Position numbers and translations under genes: made by a program. From Octopus bimaculoides (Eukaryota), in the NCBI RefSeq assembly GCF_001194135.2, contig NC_068999.1, positions 45,975,811 to 46,039,810 on the forward strand: a DNA stretch of 64,000 bases, in the 5' to 3' direction. The notes under the pieces are model-generated. The model was not told the origin of the DNA. It made no database searches and worked only from the letters and a program-made list of their open reading frames with translations. This document shows, piece after piece, positions 1 to 10,200 of the stretch (its first letter is position 1; the number at the start of each line of letters is the position of its first letter).

Positions 1-268
1 ATATATATATATATATATATATATATATAACACATTTCCTAACTTTCCAGAATCTTATAGAAAATTTTTTAATCCTCAATATTTGCTAACTTCATTAAGA
101 AGTGATCAGGAAATCAGGAAAGAAAGAAAGAAAGAAAGAAAATTGGGAAGGAGAAAGGAAGTGTCTTGCCATATTTTGATGGCGAAAACATGTTAATGTT
201 CAATGTTTCCTGACAGTAGAATGACTCCCTAAGACATATTTCATCACCCTGGATAACATTATTTTGAC

Positions 269-301
<33 letters not shown>

Positions 302-595
302 TATTATAATTATAATTATACAGCTAATACAAAGATATGAACCAATAAAAGTTAACTTTTTTCGTAAGCATCTCACTACGAGATTGTAATCTTCAAGATT
401 CTTAACTTCCCCCACACCTTACTTGTTTAATGGTGTCTTCTCTTTCTTTTTGTTATTTTTCAAAATTTTTTATAGAAATTCTTTTTTTTATTATTTTTAT
501 ATTTTTTGAAGTGATTTTTATCGGTGGCTTTTTTTTTAACTTTCTTTTTATTATTATTATTACTTTATTTATTTATTTTTTTTTAATGGACCAAC

Positions 596-832
596 TTAAT
601 CAACAAGAATTTCAAAATGAACAGCACCCTGCCTTTCTAATCGATCAACAACGATATTTTTGGCATAAGCTCTACATTCAATCATCAGTAATATTCCACG
701 TTTAACTTTCAACTCAACAATTACGATGGGAGCATGGTAGCCCTTTTGGTTGAGGTAGGGGAAGTATTTGATTGGGAAGCCATATTTCGGAAAATAGTTG
801 ATATCCTGAATATTTTCCCTGTCTGTGGATCT
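596..832 (-). CDS. ATP1B: ATP1B coding exon 6 (terminal)
   Basis: Acceptor ttttttttacag|AGA. Encodes RSTDRENIQDINYFPKYGFPIKYFPYLNQKGYHAPIVIVELKVKRGILLMIECRAYAKNIVVDRLERQGAVHFEILVD, with TAA at 598-596. Confidence 0.95.
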   Translation of the reverse strand, partial: RSTDRENIQDINYFPKYGFPIKYFPYLNQKGYHAPIVIVELKVKRGILLMIECRAYAKNIVVDRLERQGAVHFEILVD

Positions 833-895
833 CTGTAAAAAAAAAAGAAAATGAAACAATAATGACATAAATTATAAAATAAAAGAATTTTACAT

Positions 896-896
<1 letters not shown>

Positions 897-932
<36 letters not shown>

Positions 933-993
933 CAGATGGATAGATAGATAGATAGATAGATAATTAGATAGATGGATAGACAGATAGAGAGAG

Positions 994-1027
<34 letters not shown>

Positions 1028-1175
1028 ATAGATACGTAGATAGATAGATAGATAGATGAGATGGATGGATGGATAGATAGATAATTAGATAGATGGATAG
1101 ACAGATAGATAGATAGACGAGATGGATGGATGGATAGATAGATAATTAGATAGATGGATAGACAGATAGAGAGAG

Positions 1176-1213
<38 letters not shown>

Positions 1214-1285
1214 ATAGATACGTAGATAGATAGATAGATAGATAGACGAGATGGATGGATGGATGGATAGATAAATAGACGGACA
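897..1285. repeat. (GATA)n/(GGAT)n compound microsatellite with higher-order units
   Basis: Read directly; the interruption taattag recurs at 961, 1082 and 1143. Confidence 0.95.
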
Positions 1286-1409
1286 TAGATAAAAACCACA
1301 CAAATAATATGAGTAAGGTTGTGAGGCAACGAAGGGGCAAATAAAAAATACATGGCATCACACAAGTGAAATATATGCCTGCACCCCACTCCTACACCTA
1401 CCAGACTGC

Positions 1410-1700
1410 ACCATGCTTTGTTGTGGATTTTATGACTGGATGCCCTTCCTAACACCAACCACTTTACAGAGTGATTTGGGTGCTTTTTACACAGCACCAA
1501 CACTGGCAAGGTCTGTTTTGTCATGGTTTTTATGGCTTGGTGACCTTCCTAATGCCAACCACTCTACAGAGTGAACTGGGTGCTTTTTACATGGCACCAG
1601 CAAGATCTGTTCTTGTAGAGTTTTTATGGTTGGATGCCCTTCCTAACACTAACCACTCTACAGAGTGGACTGGATGCTTTCTATATGGCACCAGCACCAA
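1410..1700 (+). mobile_element. RTE-type LINE/SINE 3' tail module, triplicated (~95-100 bp units)
   Basis: ggatgcccttcctaa(c/t)(a/g)ccaaccact-ctacagagtg recurs at ~1436, ~1538 and ~1631. The same module is found at 2225, 21770 (-), 48620 and 56905. Confidence 0.65.
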
Positions 1701-1857
1701 GCACTGCCCACACAAATAGCATGCACCAATTCCTTGAGTTTCATTGAAATTGCCATCTTCATCAGTGTTCCACGCAGTTTCTTCATCTTCTATTCACCAT
1801 CAATGATTGTGACTACAATAGGATGAGATTCTAAGTATAAATATAGATATGGATATT

Positions 1858-2045
1858 TTAACCTTTCAGCATTTAATCCAGCCAAAGCCGGTCCAAATGT
1901 GCTACATGTTTTACGTTAAAAGCAACCAGATCCAACCTCTTACACTTACCCTACAATGTCATTCTAAAAATGTAACAACATACCATTGAAATATTAAAGC
2001 TACAAGATAATGTGTGATTAATTCAAAGTATTGTGAATAAATAAG
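1858..2045 (+). mobile_element. piggyBac-like MITE family 1, degenerate copy
   Basis: Starts tttaacctttcagcattt; the body is the reverse complement of the 15239-15454 copy. Confidence 0.55.
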
Positions 2046-2728
2046 ATCAGTGACTAGTTGTCACTTTGAAAACTACATATTTCGAACGGGAATTTGGCAG
2101 CGACACCTTATTCTGTGCTAACCTACCACAAGTGAACTAGTATGGGTTGGACGATTTGACTGACGACTGGCAAGCCAGAAGGCTGCACCAGGCTCCAATC
2201 TGATCTGGCAGAGTTTCTACAGCTGGATGCCCTTCCTAATGCTAACCACTCCGAGAGTGTAGTGGGTGTGTTTACGTGCCACTGGCACGAAGGCAGTCAC
2301 ATGGTACTGGCAACAGCCTCGCTCAAAATGGTGTTTTTTACATGCCACCTGCACAGGAGCCAGTCCAGCGGCACTGGTAACGACCTCGCTCAAGTGATTG
2401 ATTGATTGATTTTTGATTGTTTATTTTAAGAATGACATTGTAGGGTAAGTGTGAAAGGATGGATCTGGCCAATTTGAACATAAAAATTATAGACAGATTG
2501 GGCTAGGGTAAATGATTGTTTAAACCAATGGCCCTCAACTGGGGTGTTATATGACCCTTTGGGGGTCCATATAAGATTTTGTTGCTAAAATTAATGTGCA
2601 ATAAATTGCTTATAATTTTGTAATAACACAAAATATTAAAATTTCTTTTTGCATGCAATTCCTAATAATACTTATAAAATAAAACGGAATTAACAATGAA
2701 GAAAATGGATTTAAAAGGTGACACTAAC

Positions 2729-2830
2729 TTCACCGCGACAAGTTACAGTAATGAAAGAACTATCCCAGTTGTCACGAGCGTCTTCTGGCACAGAGTCATT
2801 GCCAAACGGCTCTGGAATCCAGTCATAGAT
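2729..2830 (-). CDS. ATP1B: ATP1B coding exon 5
   Basis: Acceptor gtctttttatcgcag|ATC. Encodes IYDWIPEPFGNDSVPEDARDNWDSSFITVTCRGE. Donor GAA|GTTAGT. 102 nt, phase 0-0. Confidence 0.95.
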
Positions 2831-3104
2831 CTGCGATAAAAAGACAAACAGAAATTTAATCCAATTTTATTTATTTTTAGTAACACAAAGTGAAAAAAAA
2901 AAAGGAAAAAAAAACAGAAATTCAATGGGAAATAATCATTACAAAATATACAAAAATACATCAAGAATTGATGTTGTAAGAATTTATAAAGTTCTGGTGC
3001 TGCAGCATGGCCACGGTTAAATGATTGAAACAAGTAAAAGAGAAATATGAAATAATTCTGTTTAGGAATGTTACATCTTGAAGCAAATAAGCTGTAAATA
3101 GAAT

Positions 3105-3170
3105 AAAAATATGGAAATAGTGGGTCGAAAATCCCTTTGGAGAGAAATAGTTGAAGCCTTCAACATTTTG
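3105..3170 (-). pseudogene. Possible decayed duplicate (pseudo-exon) of the start of ATP1B exon 6
   Basis: QNVEGFNYFSPKGFSTHYF aligns ungapped to ENIQDINYFPKYGFPIKYF (8/19 identical). Adding one C after TATTTC restores YFPY. Confidence 0.45.
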
Positions 3171-3539
3171 TATCCAATATTCAGAAGCTATCATTTATAG
3201 CTTATCTGCTTCAGGATCCAATGTTCCAAAAAGAAGCATTTAGAATTGTTTAAACTATTAATCACGGCAATTGCGATGACATATTTCAAAATATTTGTTG
3301 ATAGGCGCAAGAGTGGCTGTTGAGTAAACGGCTGCAAAAGTCTTGAATTGAAACAGCTGTAAGAGAGGATTGTCAATTTTTTAATTAATAAATAATAATT
3401 TATTAATTATCTTTCTATTTTGTTATCTAATTATAATAGATAAATATATATAAACCACAGTTTATATAGTTACCTTGCAGTTGAATATTAACTGTAATGT
3501 TCAACATTCTTTGTATAGGTAACTAATCAGTACTTTCAC

Positions 3540-3690
3540 AGGGTGGGGCGCCCAGGGCACATGCCCTGGGCGCCACTTTGAGTAGGGTGCAATTTTTCTA
3601 ATTAAGCCATTTCTAAGCAAGTTACCACATTTTGTTGGGGGGGGGGGCACAATTTTGATGCTTGCCCTGGGCGCCATTTACCCTAGCTAC
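3540..3690. mobile_element. Small GC-rich inverted-repeat element (MITE-like)
   Basis: ggcgcccagggca at the left end, tgccctgggcgcc at 3562 and again at ~3664, and agggt...accct termini. Confidence 0.55.
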
Positions 3691-3882
3691 ACTCCCTCGG
3701 GAACAACAAACAGGTGTATTAGTTTAACACTTGGGAAGACCAGAAAGGTTTTTGACATTCCGAGCTTAGACTCTTTGACAGAAAGGATTGAGTGGAAAGA
3801 AAATGGAGAGAGAAAAAAAATGTGTTGGGATCAATGGTTCAATATGATGAAATTACCATATGTATATATATATATATATATA

Positions 3883-4146
3883 GCAATAACAAAATGGAGG
3901 GGATCAAGAGGTGGTATTCATCAACTTTTTGACATTATATTATGTCTATTTATTTATTTTAAAAAAAAGTTATAACAATATACATACATGTATAACATAT
4001 TATGCTTTACATATATAATATATGAAAATACCAGTAATTATCAAAATATATAACGTAGAATATAGAAAAAAATAAATCAAGAGACATAATATAATGTCTA
4101 AAAGTTGATGAATACCACCTCTTGATCCCCTCCATTTTCTTATTGC
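3883..4146. mobile_element. Foldback/MITE-like element with ~65-bp inverted arms
   Basis: 3883-3947 (gcaataacaaaatggagggggatcaagaggtggtattcatcaactttttgacattatattatgtct) is a near-perfect reverse complement of 4082-4146. Confidence 0.8.
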
Positions 4147-4383
4147 CATATAAATTAAGGGTAAAACAACTTTTTACCCTCCCCCATTTATTACATTCAG
4201 TAATGTAATTGCCATGCAATGAAAAAACACTTGTGTATTAATAATTGGGTATTCTACCAGCGGTATACTGGATAGATATTATCCCTTAGTTGGTTGGATT
4301 CACAACCTCTAACTTTCTTGGAATTATATATATATATATATATATATGTAATAGAAGACAATTGAAAATTTGCTTTTTCTTAC

Positions 4384-4565
4384 CTTGTTCAGTTTAAGAA
4401 GAACACAAGGGGAGCCTGACCTGTAACCATAATCTGGCTCAGCTAAGCAAGGGGCATTCAAGGAGTGAGGGTCAAACAGACAGGGTTTGTCTTTGTTTGT
4501 CTCCCTTTCACCACTAATAGCATTACAGTTTTCATATTCTAAATCATATTTAGATGCATTATATT
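4384..4565 (-). CDS. ATP1B: ATP1B coding exon 4
   Basis: Acceptor tttttttccag|AA TAT. Encodes (Q)YNASKYDLEYENCNAISGERETNKDKPCLFDPHSLNAPCLAEPDYGYRSGSPCVLLKLNK with four conserved Cys. Donor AAG|GTAAGA. 182 nt, phase 1-0. Confidence 0.95.
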
Positions 4566-4682
4566 CTGGAAAAAAAGAAAAGAAAAAAATCAAGTGAAAA
4601 TCAAACGGCACATAATAGAAATGGTACATTCAGAGAAATACCCACCAAAGACAGAATATTACCATAAATTAAAATATAAAAA

Positions 4683-4880
4683 TTCACATGCTTCAGTCAT
4701 TTGACTGCGGCCATGCTGGAGCATTGCATTTAGTTGAACAAATTGACCTCAGGACGTTTTCTTTGTAAGTCTAGTACTTATTTCTATTGGACTCTTTTGC
4801 CGAACTGCTAAGTTACGGGGACATAAAAAACACCAGCATCGGCTGTCAAGTGATGGTGGGAGGACAAACACCGACACACA
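4683..4880 (-). mobile_element. tRNA-derived SINE family A, 3' portion
   Basis: ttcagtcatttgactgcggccatgctggagca...gaactgctaagttacggg, matching the copies at 15900, 40205 and 47365. Confidence 0.85.
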
Positions 4881-4930
4881 CATATATATATATTGAACCC
4901 AACACTACGAGATAGGGAAGCAAGCTTTTA

Positions 4931-4964
<34 letters not shown>

Positions 4965-4965
<1 letters not shown>

Positions 4966-5120
4966 CCCTAACTTTTCGAAACACTTAGTTTAGAATAAGG
5001 GCAGCTGATGAAGGAAATGTTCTTTATGTGGCCTGTTTGTTTTCCGTGCTCTGTTTATGTTCTGTTTTTCATTTTGTCCACGTTTTTTTGTGACATCCTG
5101 TACCGAGATATGCATCTATA
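4965..5120 (+). mobile_element. Unclassified short repeat with GAAAC-hairpin-CTGATGAAG motif, copy 1
   Basis: Homologous to 59411-59532 (-). Shared: ttcgaaac, 22-nt spacer, ctgatgaag, atgttct(t/c)tatgtggc, tcctgtacc.agatatgca.ctata. Confidence 0.7.
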
Positions 5121-5676
5121 AACACATATAGATGTAGGTATGTACATACATGTACGTATATATATGCATAAACTCACATTANNNNNNNNNNNNNNNNNNN
5201 NNNNNNNNNNNNNNNNNNNNNNNNNNNNNNNNNNNNNNNNNNNNNNNNNNNNNNNNNNNNNNNNNNNNNNNNNNNNNNNNNNNNNNNNNNNNNNNNNNNN
5301 NNNNNNNNNNNNNNNNNNNNNNNNNNNNNNNNNNNNNNNNNNNNNNNNNNNNNNNNNNNNNNNNNNNNNNNNNNNNNNNNNNNNNNNNNNNNNNNNNNNN
5401 NNNNNNNNNNNNNNNNNNNNNNNNNNNNNNNNNNNNNNNNNNNNNNNNNNNNNNNNNNNNNNNNNNNNNNNNNNNNNNNNNNNNNNNNNNNNNNNNNNNN
5501 NNNNNNNNNNNNNNNNNNNNNNNNNNNNNNNNNNNNNNNNNNNNNNNNNNNNNNNNNNNNNNNNNNNNNNNNNNNNNNNNNNNNNNNNNNNNNNNNNNNN
5601 NNNNNNNNNNNNNNNNNNNNNNNNNNNNNNNNNNNNNNNNNNNNNNNNNNNNNNNNNNNGATTTTGTCCCTAATAT

Positions 5677-5715
<39 letters not shown>

Positions 5716-6139
5716 TTTCAAATTTTAGCACAAGGCCTACAATTTCAGTTACATCAACCCTCAGTACTCAAATGGTGCTTAGTTTACCGATTCCAAAACC
5801 ATGAAAGGCAAAAGTTGTCTACAGCAGAATCTCAACACAGAATGTTAATTCAGATGCAATACCACTAGATGTGCATGGTGCACTAACGATTCAGCCAGTT
5901 CACAATTTGTGGGCTTTGTGCCAATATCAAATATCAATATTTGAGTCTATAGCGTTATTTCAAACCAAATTTATTGCTAAATGTCTGAAAGAATTTATTG
6001 TATATTTTTAATGCAATTTGTAAGTAAATGTTTGCAATATTAACTGAAAAAATTCCAATTAAAAACTATCATTATCTAATTTATTCTCTCAATAAAAGAA
6101 GAAAATAAATTGTAGAGTGTATCATTATTTTATATTTGA

Positions 6140-6643
6140 TATACATACACACACATATATATACATACATACACATATACACACATATACACACACACAT
6201 ATATACACACATATATACATACACACATACATGCATATATATATATATACACATATATACACACACATATATATATATATACACACACACATATATATAT
6301 ATATATACACACACACATATATATATATATACACATACACATATATATATATGTATATATATATACACACACATATATACACATACATATACACACACAT
6401 ATACATACATATATATATATGCACATATATATACATACATATATATATATGTGCACACATATATATATGCACACATATATACATATATATATATATGCAC
6501 ACATATATACATACATATATATATTCACACATATATACATACATATATATGCACACATATATACATACATATATATGCACACATATATACATACATATAT
6601 ATGCACACATATATACATACATATATATGCACACATAATATAT

Positions 6644-6682
<39 letters not shown>

Positions 6683-6690
6683 TGTACACA
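6140..6690. repeat. Compound (TA)/(CA)/(TACA) microsatellite
   Basis: Read directly; source of the spurious YIYI/HTHT ORFs. Confidence 0.95.
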
Positions 6691-7099
6691 CATTGCTAAG
6701 CAATATTTCACTAACACTTTAACAATAAAAAAAAATAAAAGACACCTGTAATAATGGTAGAATAAGATTTCCAATAATCACTGAACAGCGACATTTCGTG
6801 GTTTAAATGTTACCAATACATCAAGATTATTGATCTTCTAGAATGAATGTGCAGTCAAATATTATATTGATTTCTTCCGCCTTGGCACCAAGCCAATGTT
6901 TGAAAAGAAAGATGGTTAAGTTTTTTTTCTGTTCTCTGTTATTTTTTTTTCAAGTAAGGTCTTTAAAGTTTGAAAAACTATATGAAAAGCCAGTGCTGTT
7001 ATTTAGCCCTGATTGGGCAGGCCCTTTTTTTATTTTTTCCTGTTTTAATAATAAATTACAGATAAGAATTGATAAGGTGTATTAATTATCCTTTTTCAG

Positions 7100-7598
7100 T
7101 TTAGGCACAAGGCTTGAAATTTCAGAAAAGGCGTCAGTCAATTACATTTACCCTAGTGTTCAACTAACTGCTGGTTATTTCACTGACCCCGAAAGAATGA
7201 AAGGCAAAGTTTACATCAACCCCGAAAGGATGAAAGGCAAAGTTTACATCAACCCCGAAAGGATGAAAGGCAAAGTTTNNNNNNNNNNGATGAAAGGCAA
7301 AGTTTACATCAACCCCGAAAGGATGAAAGGCAAAGTTTACATCAACCCCGAAAGGATGAAAGGCAAAGTTTTCATCAACCCCAAAAGGATGAAAGGCAAA
7401 GTTTTCATAGACCCTGAAAGGATGAAAGGCAAAGATTTCATTGACCCCGAAAAGATGAAAGGCAAAGATTTCATTGACCCCCAAAAAGACGAAAGGCAAA
7501 GTTGACCTCGGTAGAATTTGAACTCAGACTATAAAGACAGATGAAACGCTGTTAAACATTTTGCCCATTGTGCCGACGATTCTGCCAGCTCACCATCT
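7100..7598 (-). mobile_element. SINE family B (Nin/Deu-domain-like core) with internal 33-bp minisatellite expansion
   Basis: Tail aggcacaaggc at 7103 and head ctgccagctcaccatctt at ~7580-7598. About 10 units of (a/g)accccgaaaggatgaaaggcaaagtt(t)acatc lie at 7185-7505, crossing a 10-N gap. Confidence 0.85.
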
Positions 7599-8478
7599 TA
7601 TAAGGAGTATTAATTTATGAAACCATTAAAAATATTGCTACACCAGTCTTTAGAGATTCCAAGCTTAAATTAAATAAATTGAATGTCATCACCTATCCAT
7701 CAGAGATCATGTATATGGCTCAATATTCTAGGAATGATGACCTCATTTGCAATGCTAACTTCAGGAAATTGATCAACCACCTACAATATAATGAGAGGAA
7801 TAGACTTCATATTCAGCAGGAAATGGGAATGGCAGCTGATTGTTTTGTACTAAGTCCTTCTGCAGTGAAGAATGAGCCACTCAACAAAGCCTGGCTTTTG
7901 CCCTGGAGTTGCTGATCACTGTATCTGACTCATAGACACAAGACAATTTAGGAAAGGAAAATAACAGAAGCTTGAAAAAAGAAAAAAAGACAAAAACCTC
8001 CATCAGATATACATTCCAAGAAGTACAAGGCAATGTTTATGAGGAGGAAAGAGAGAATGAAGAGAAGAGGAGTAAGAAAGGGGAGAAGAAGAAAGGGAAG
8101 GGGAGAAAGATAGGAGGCAGGAGGAGGAGGTTGTATCATAACATTGAGGAGAGTTTGAGCAACAGGGACAAGCTCAGCAGACAGAATCCAGATTCAGTTA
8201 GATAAAAAGTCACATGGTGAGGGAACTGCACAAAAGGCAAAGCCATAAAAGTTAAAAGAAAAGCCCTGAAGAGGGAGCTGGCTGTCGAGTATACATAAGA
8301 AGGAGGGAAGCTGAAAGTAAGATGGCACTTTTTGCTTATCTCACCCCCATTAAAAAAGTCATAGCACAACAGATTAGGAAGAGAATCAGCTTCGATGAAT
8401 TATGGTTTGGATTTTTGCTTGGGACAGGATACCAATGACATATTACTTAGCTAAGTTCTAAGCAATTGTATCTAGCAT

Positions 8479-8880
8479 TCATCCTCTGTACACATCACAT
8501 GACCAGGCCAGAGCTGTTTTCACTCTTGTACATGCCACACACCTGATTGCTCTTACGACCTACTTTTTCCTCTTGACTCATTCGTGCTCTGTCATTCACA
8601 AACCCTAACATTAAACGCCCAGCAAGCCATGATTTCTTTCCAACCACTGCATATCTTTCACTTTCTGTGTCCAAATTTTCTACCATGAAGTATCACAGTT
8701 TGTACATAAACATCAATACAATTTGCCCTTCATTCAAGGAAAGAATCCCTTTGTTATCAGCAGAGGTTATAACAGCACCTTGGAGTTTTTCCTACCCCAT
8801 TCTTAACTCTGCTTTCTAGGTTTTTTGGAAAATCCTTCACCACTGCTAATCAGGTCGTTTAGATAACAAATGCTTTCAAC
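8479..8880 (-). mobile_element. RTE-clade LINE ORF2 C-terminal fragment (left arm of an inverted duplication)
   Basis: The minus strand gives ICYLNDLISSGEGFS, resembling RTE CYLGD.ISS.GG. 8479-8802 is the reverse complement of 9033-9353. Confidence 0.7.
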
Positions 8881-9032
8881 CACTTTCAAGGAGTGTTTGA
8901 ACATTTAAAAAAAAATTAATCTATGGATGTTCTTAGTGCAAACCACTCCTGTGAATCTGGTTCACATGAAGTCTTCTCTATTAGCTTCTACATTCAAACT
9001 ATGTCAAGCTGCCTGAGATTCCACTGCACTTG

Positions 9033-9560
9033 GAATGGGGTAGGAAAACTCCAAGGTGCTGTTATAACCTCTGCTGATAACAAAGGGATTCTTTCCTTGA
9101 ACGAAGGACAAATTGTATTGATGTGTGTACAAACTGTGATGCTTCATGGTAGAAAATTTGGACATAGAAAGTGGAGGATATGCAATAGTTGGAAAGAAAT
9201 CATGGCTTGTTGGACATTTAATGTTAGAGTTTGTGAATGACAGAGCACGAATGAATCGAGAGGAAAAAGTAGGTCGTAAGAGCAATCAGGTGTGTGGCAG
9301 GTACTAAAGTGAAAACTACTCTGGCTTGGTCATGTGACGTGTACAGAGGATGACAGCTGAGTAAAGACGAGGCAAGGCATCCACTTGGAAAGAACCTGTG
9401 GTAAAAGACTAAGGAAGACATGAAGAGAAGTAGTGAAACCTGGTTTCAGGAAGTTGAACTAAATAAAGAAAATGATACAGAATGATGATAAACCAGTGAG
9501 CACGGATCATAGAAAAGACCCATCCAATTTATGCAAGGGAAAAAAATGATGATGAAGAAT
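9033..9560 (+). mobile_element. RTE-clade LINE 3' fragment (right arm of an inverted duplication)
   Basis: KLLWLGHVTCTEDDS...GKRLRKT*REVVK resembles the RTE motif RLRWFGHV.RM.....GRPRKTW.EVVK. Confidence 0.7.
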
Positions 9561-10092
9561 GAATACAGCATAGTTTATAGGGGTCTTTTTTTAACAAGTT
9601 AGTCAGGGGGGCAGAACCAGTGCCTTTCTTCCAAAATGTCTTAAATATTTATATATTTTATTATCTTCTTTAATTTATTCATTATATTTTCTAAATTTTA
9701 TATTCTATTTTATATTCTTTTAAACCCCTTTTTAACTCTGAATCTTCAATTTTGTATTCTACATTAATCCATGATAATCTCTTGGATTTAAACTTGTTTT
9801 CATTTTCTTTTAAAACAAAATTGTAGAAGAATAGCTAAGTCTAAGAACTCTACCCCTGTGAGTAGCTAAATGTTCTTTAAGCATCTATAACGCAGTCGAC
9901 ATTCAAATATAACATCTACCAAACTATATCTTTGTATATTAAGACAAGTTACCATATTTATTTTCCTTTCTTTTTCTTAGCCAACCAAAGTTGGTAACTA
10001 TTAACAAAGCCTCAGTTGTAATGTTACTCAAACTAAAAATGAGAAATAGGCACTGGAAAGATATGGGTCTCTGTTGGAATTTGGCTACTTAC

Positions 10093-10200
10093 GCTGAAGA
10101 AAATCCTTAATGTTATCAACATATGGTTTCATGCTTTCATCCCCTTTAGTAAATCGGATGAGGGTTGATTCATAGTTAGGTCTTGGTCGATATCCCAAAC
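10093..10200 (-). CDS. ATP1B: ATP1B coding exon 3
   Basis: Acceptor ctttttactttttag|GT TTG. Encodes (G)LGYRPRPNYESTLIRFTKGDESMKPYVDNIKDFLQ. Donor CAG C|GTAAGT. 108 nt, phase 1-1. Not in the supplied ORF track. Confidence 0.95.

Noticed and set aside
540-595. ATP1B polyadenylation signal
   Set aside because: AATAAA occurs repeatedly in the A-rich, low-complexity 3' flank, so no single site can be chosen.
1725-1775. Minus-strand CTGATGA-AG...GAAAC in type I hammerhead order
   Set aside because: Stem II and stem I do not pair convincingly and stem III has a mismatch at the essential C-G pair; at best a decayed relic. The CTGATGA...GAAAC near 51806 also lacks stems.
3191-3376. Candidate alternative exon after ctctcttacag (LFQFKTF...)
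   Set aside because: It hits stop codons, has no donor, and overlaps a SINE A head fragment at ~3301-3322.
6081-6774. Long ORFs such as YIYIHTH / MCVYIC (also at 964-1524, 41677-42112, 48973-49688, 55731-56890, 59138-59591)
   Set aside because: Translations of di- and tetranucleotide microsatellites, open in several frames on both strands; no protein-like content.
7164-7505. (MKGKVYINPER)n repeat protein, or a CRISPR-like array
   Set aside because: The units are contiguous 33-bp copies of a SINE core with no unique spacers, and no cas genes are present.
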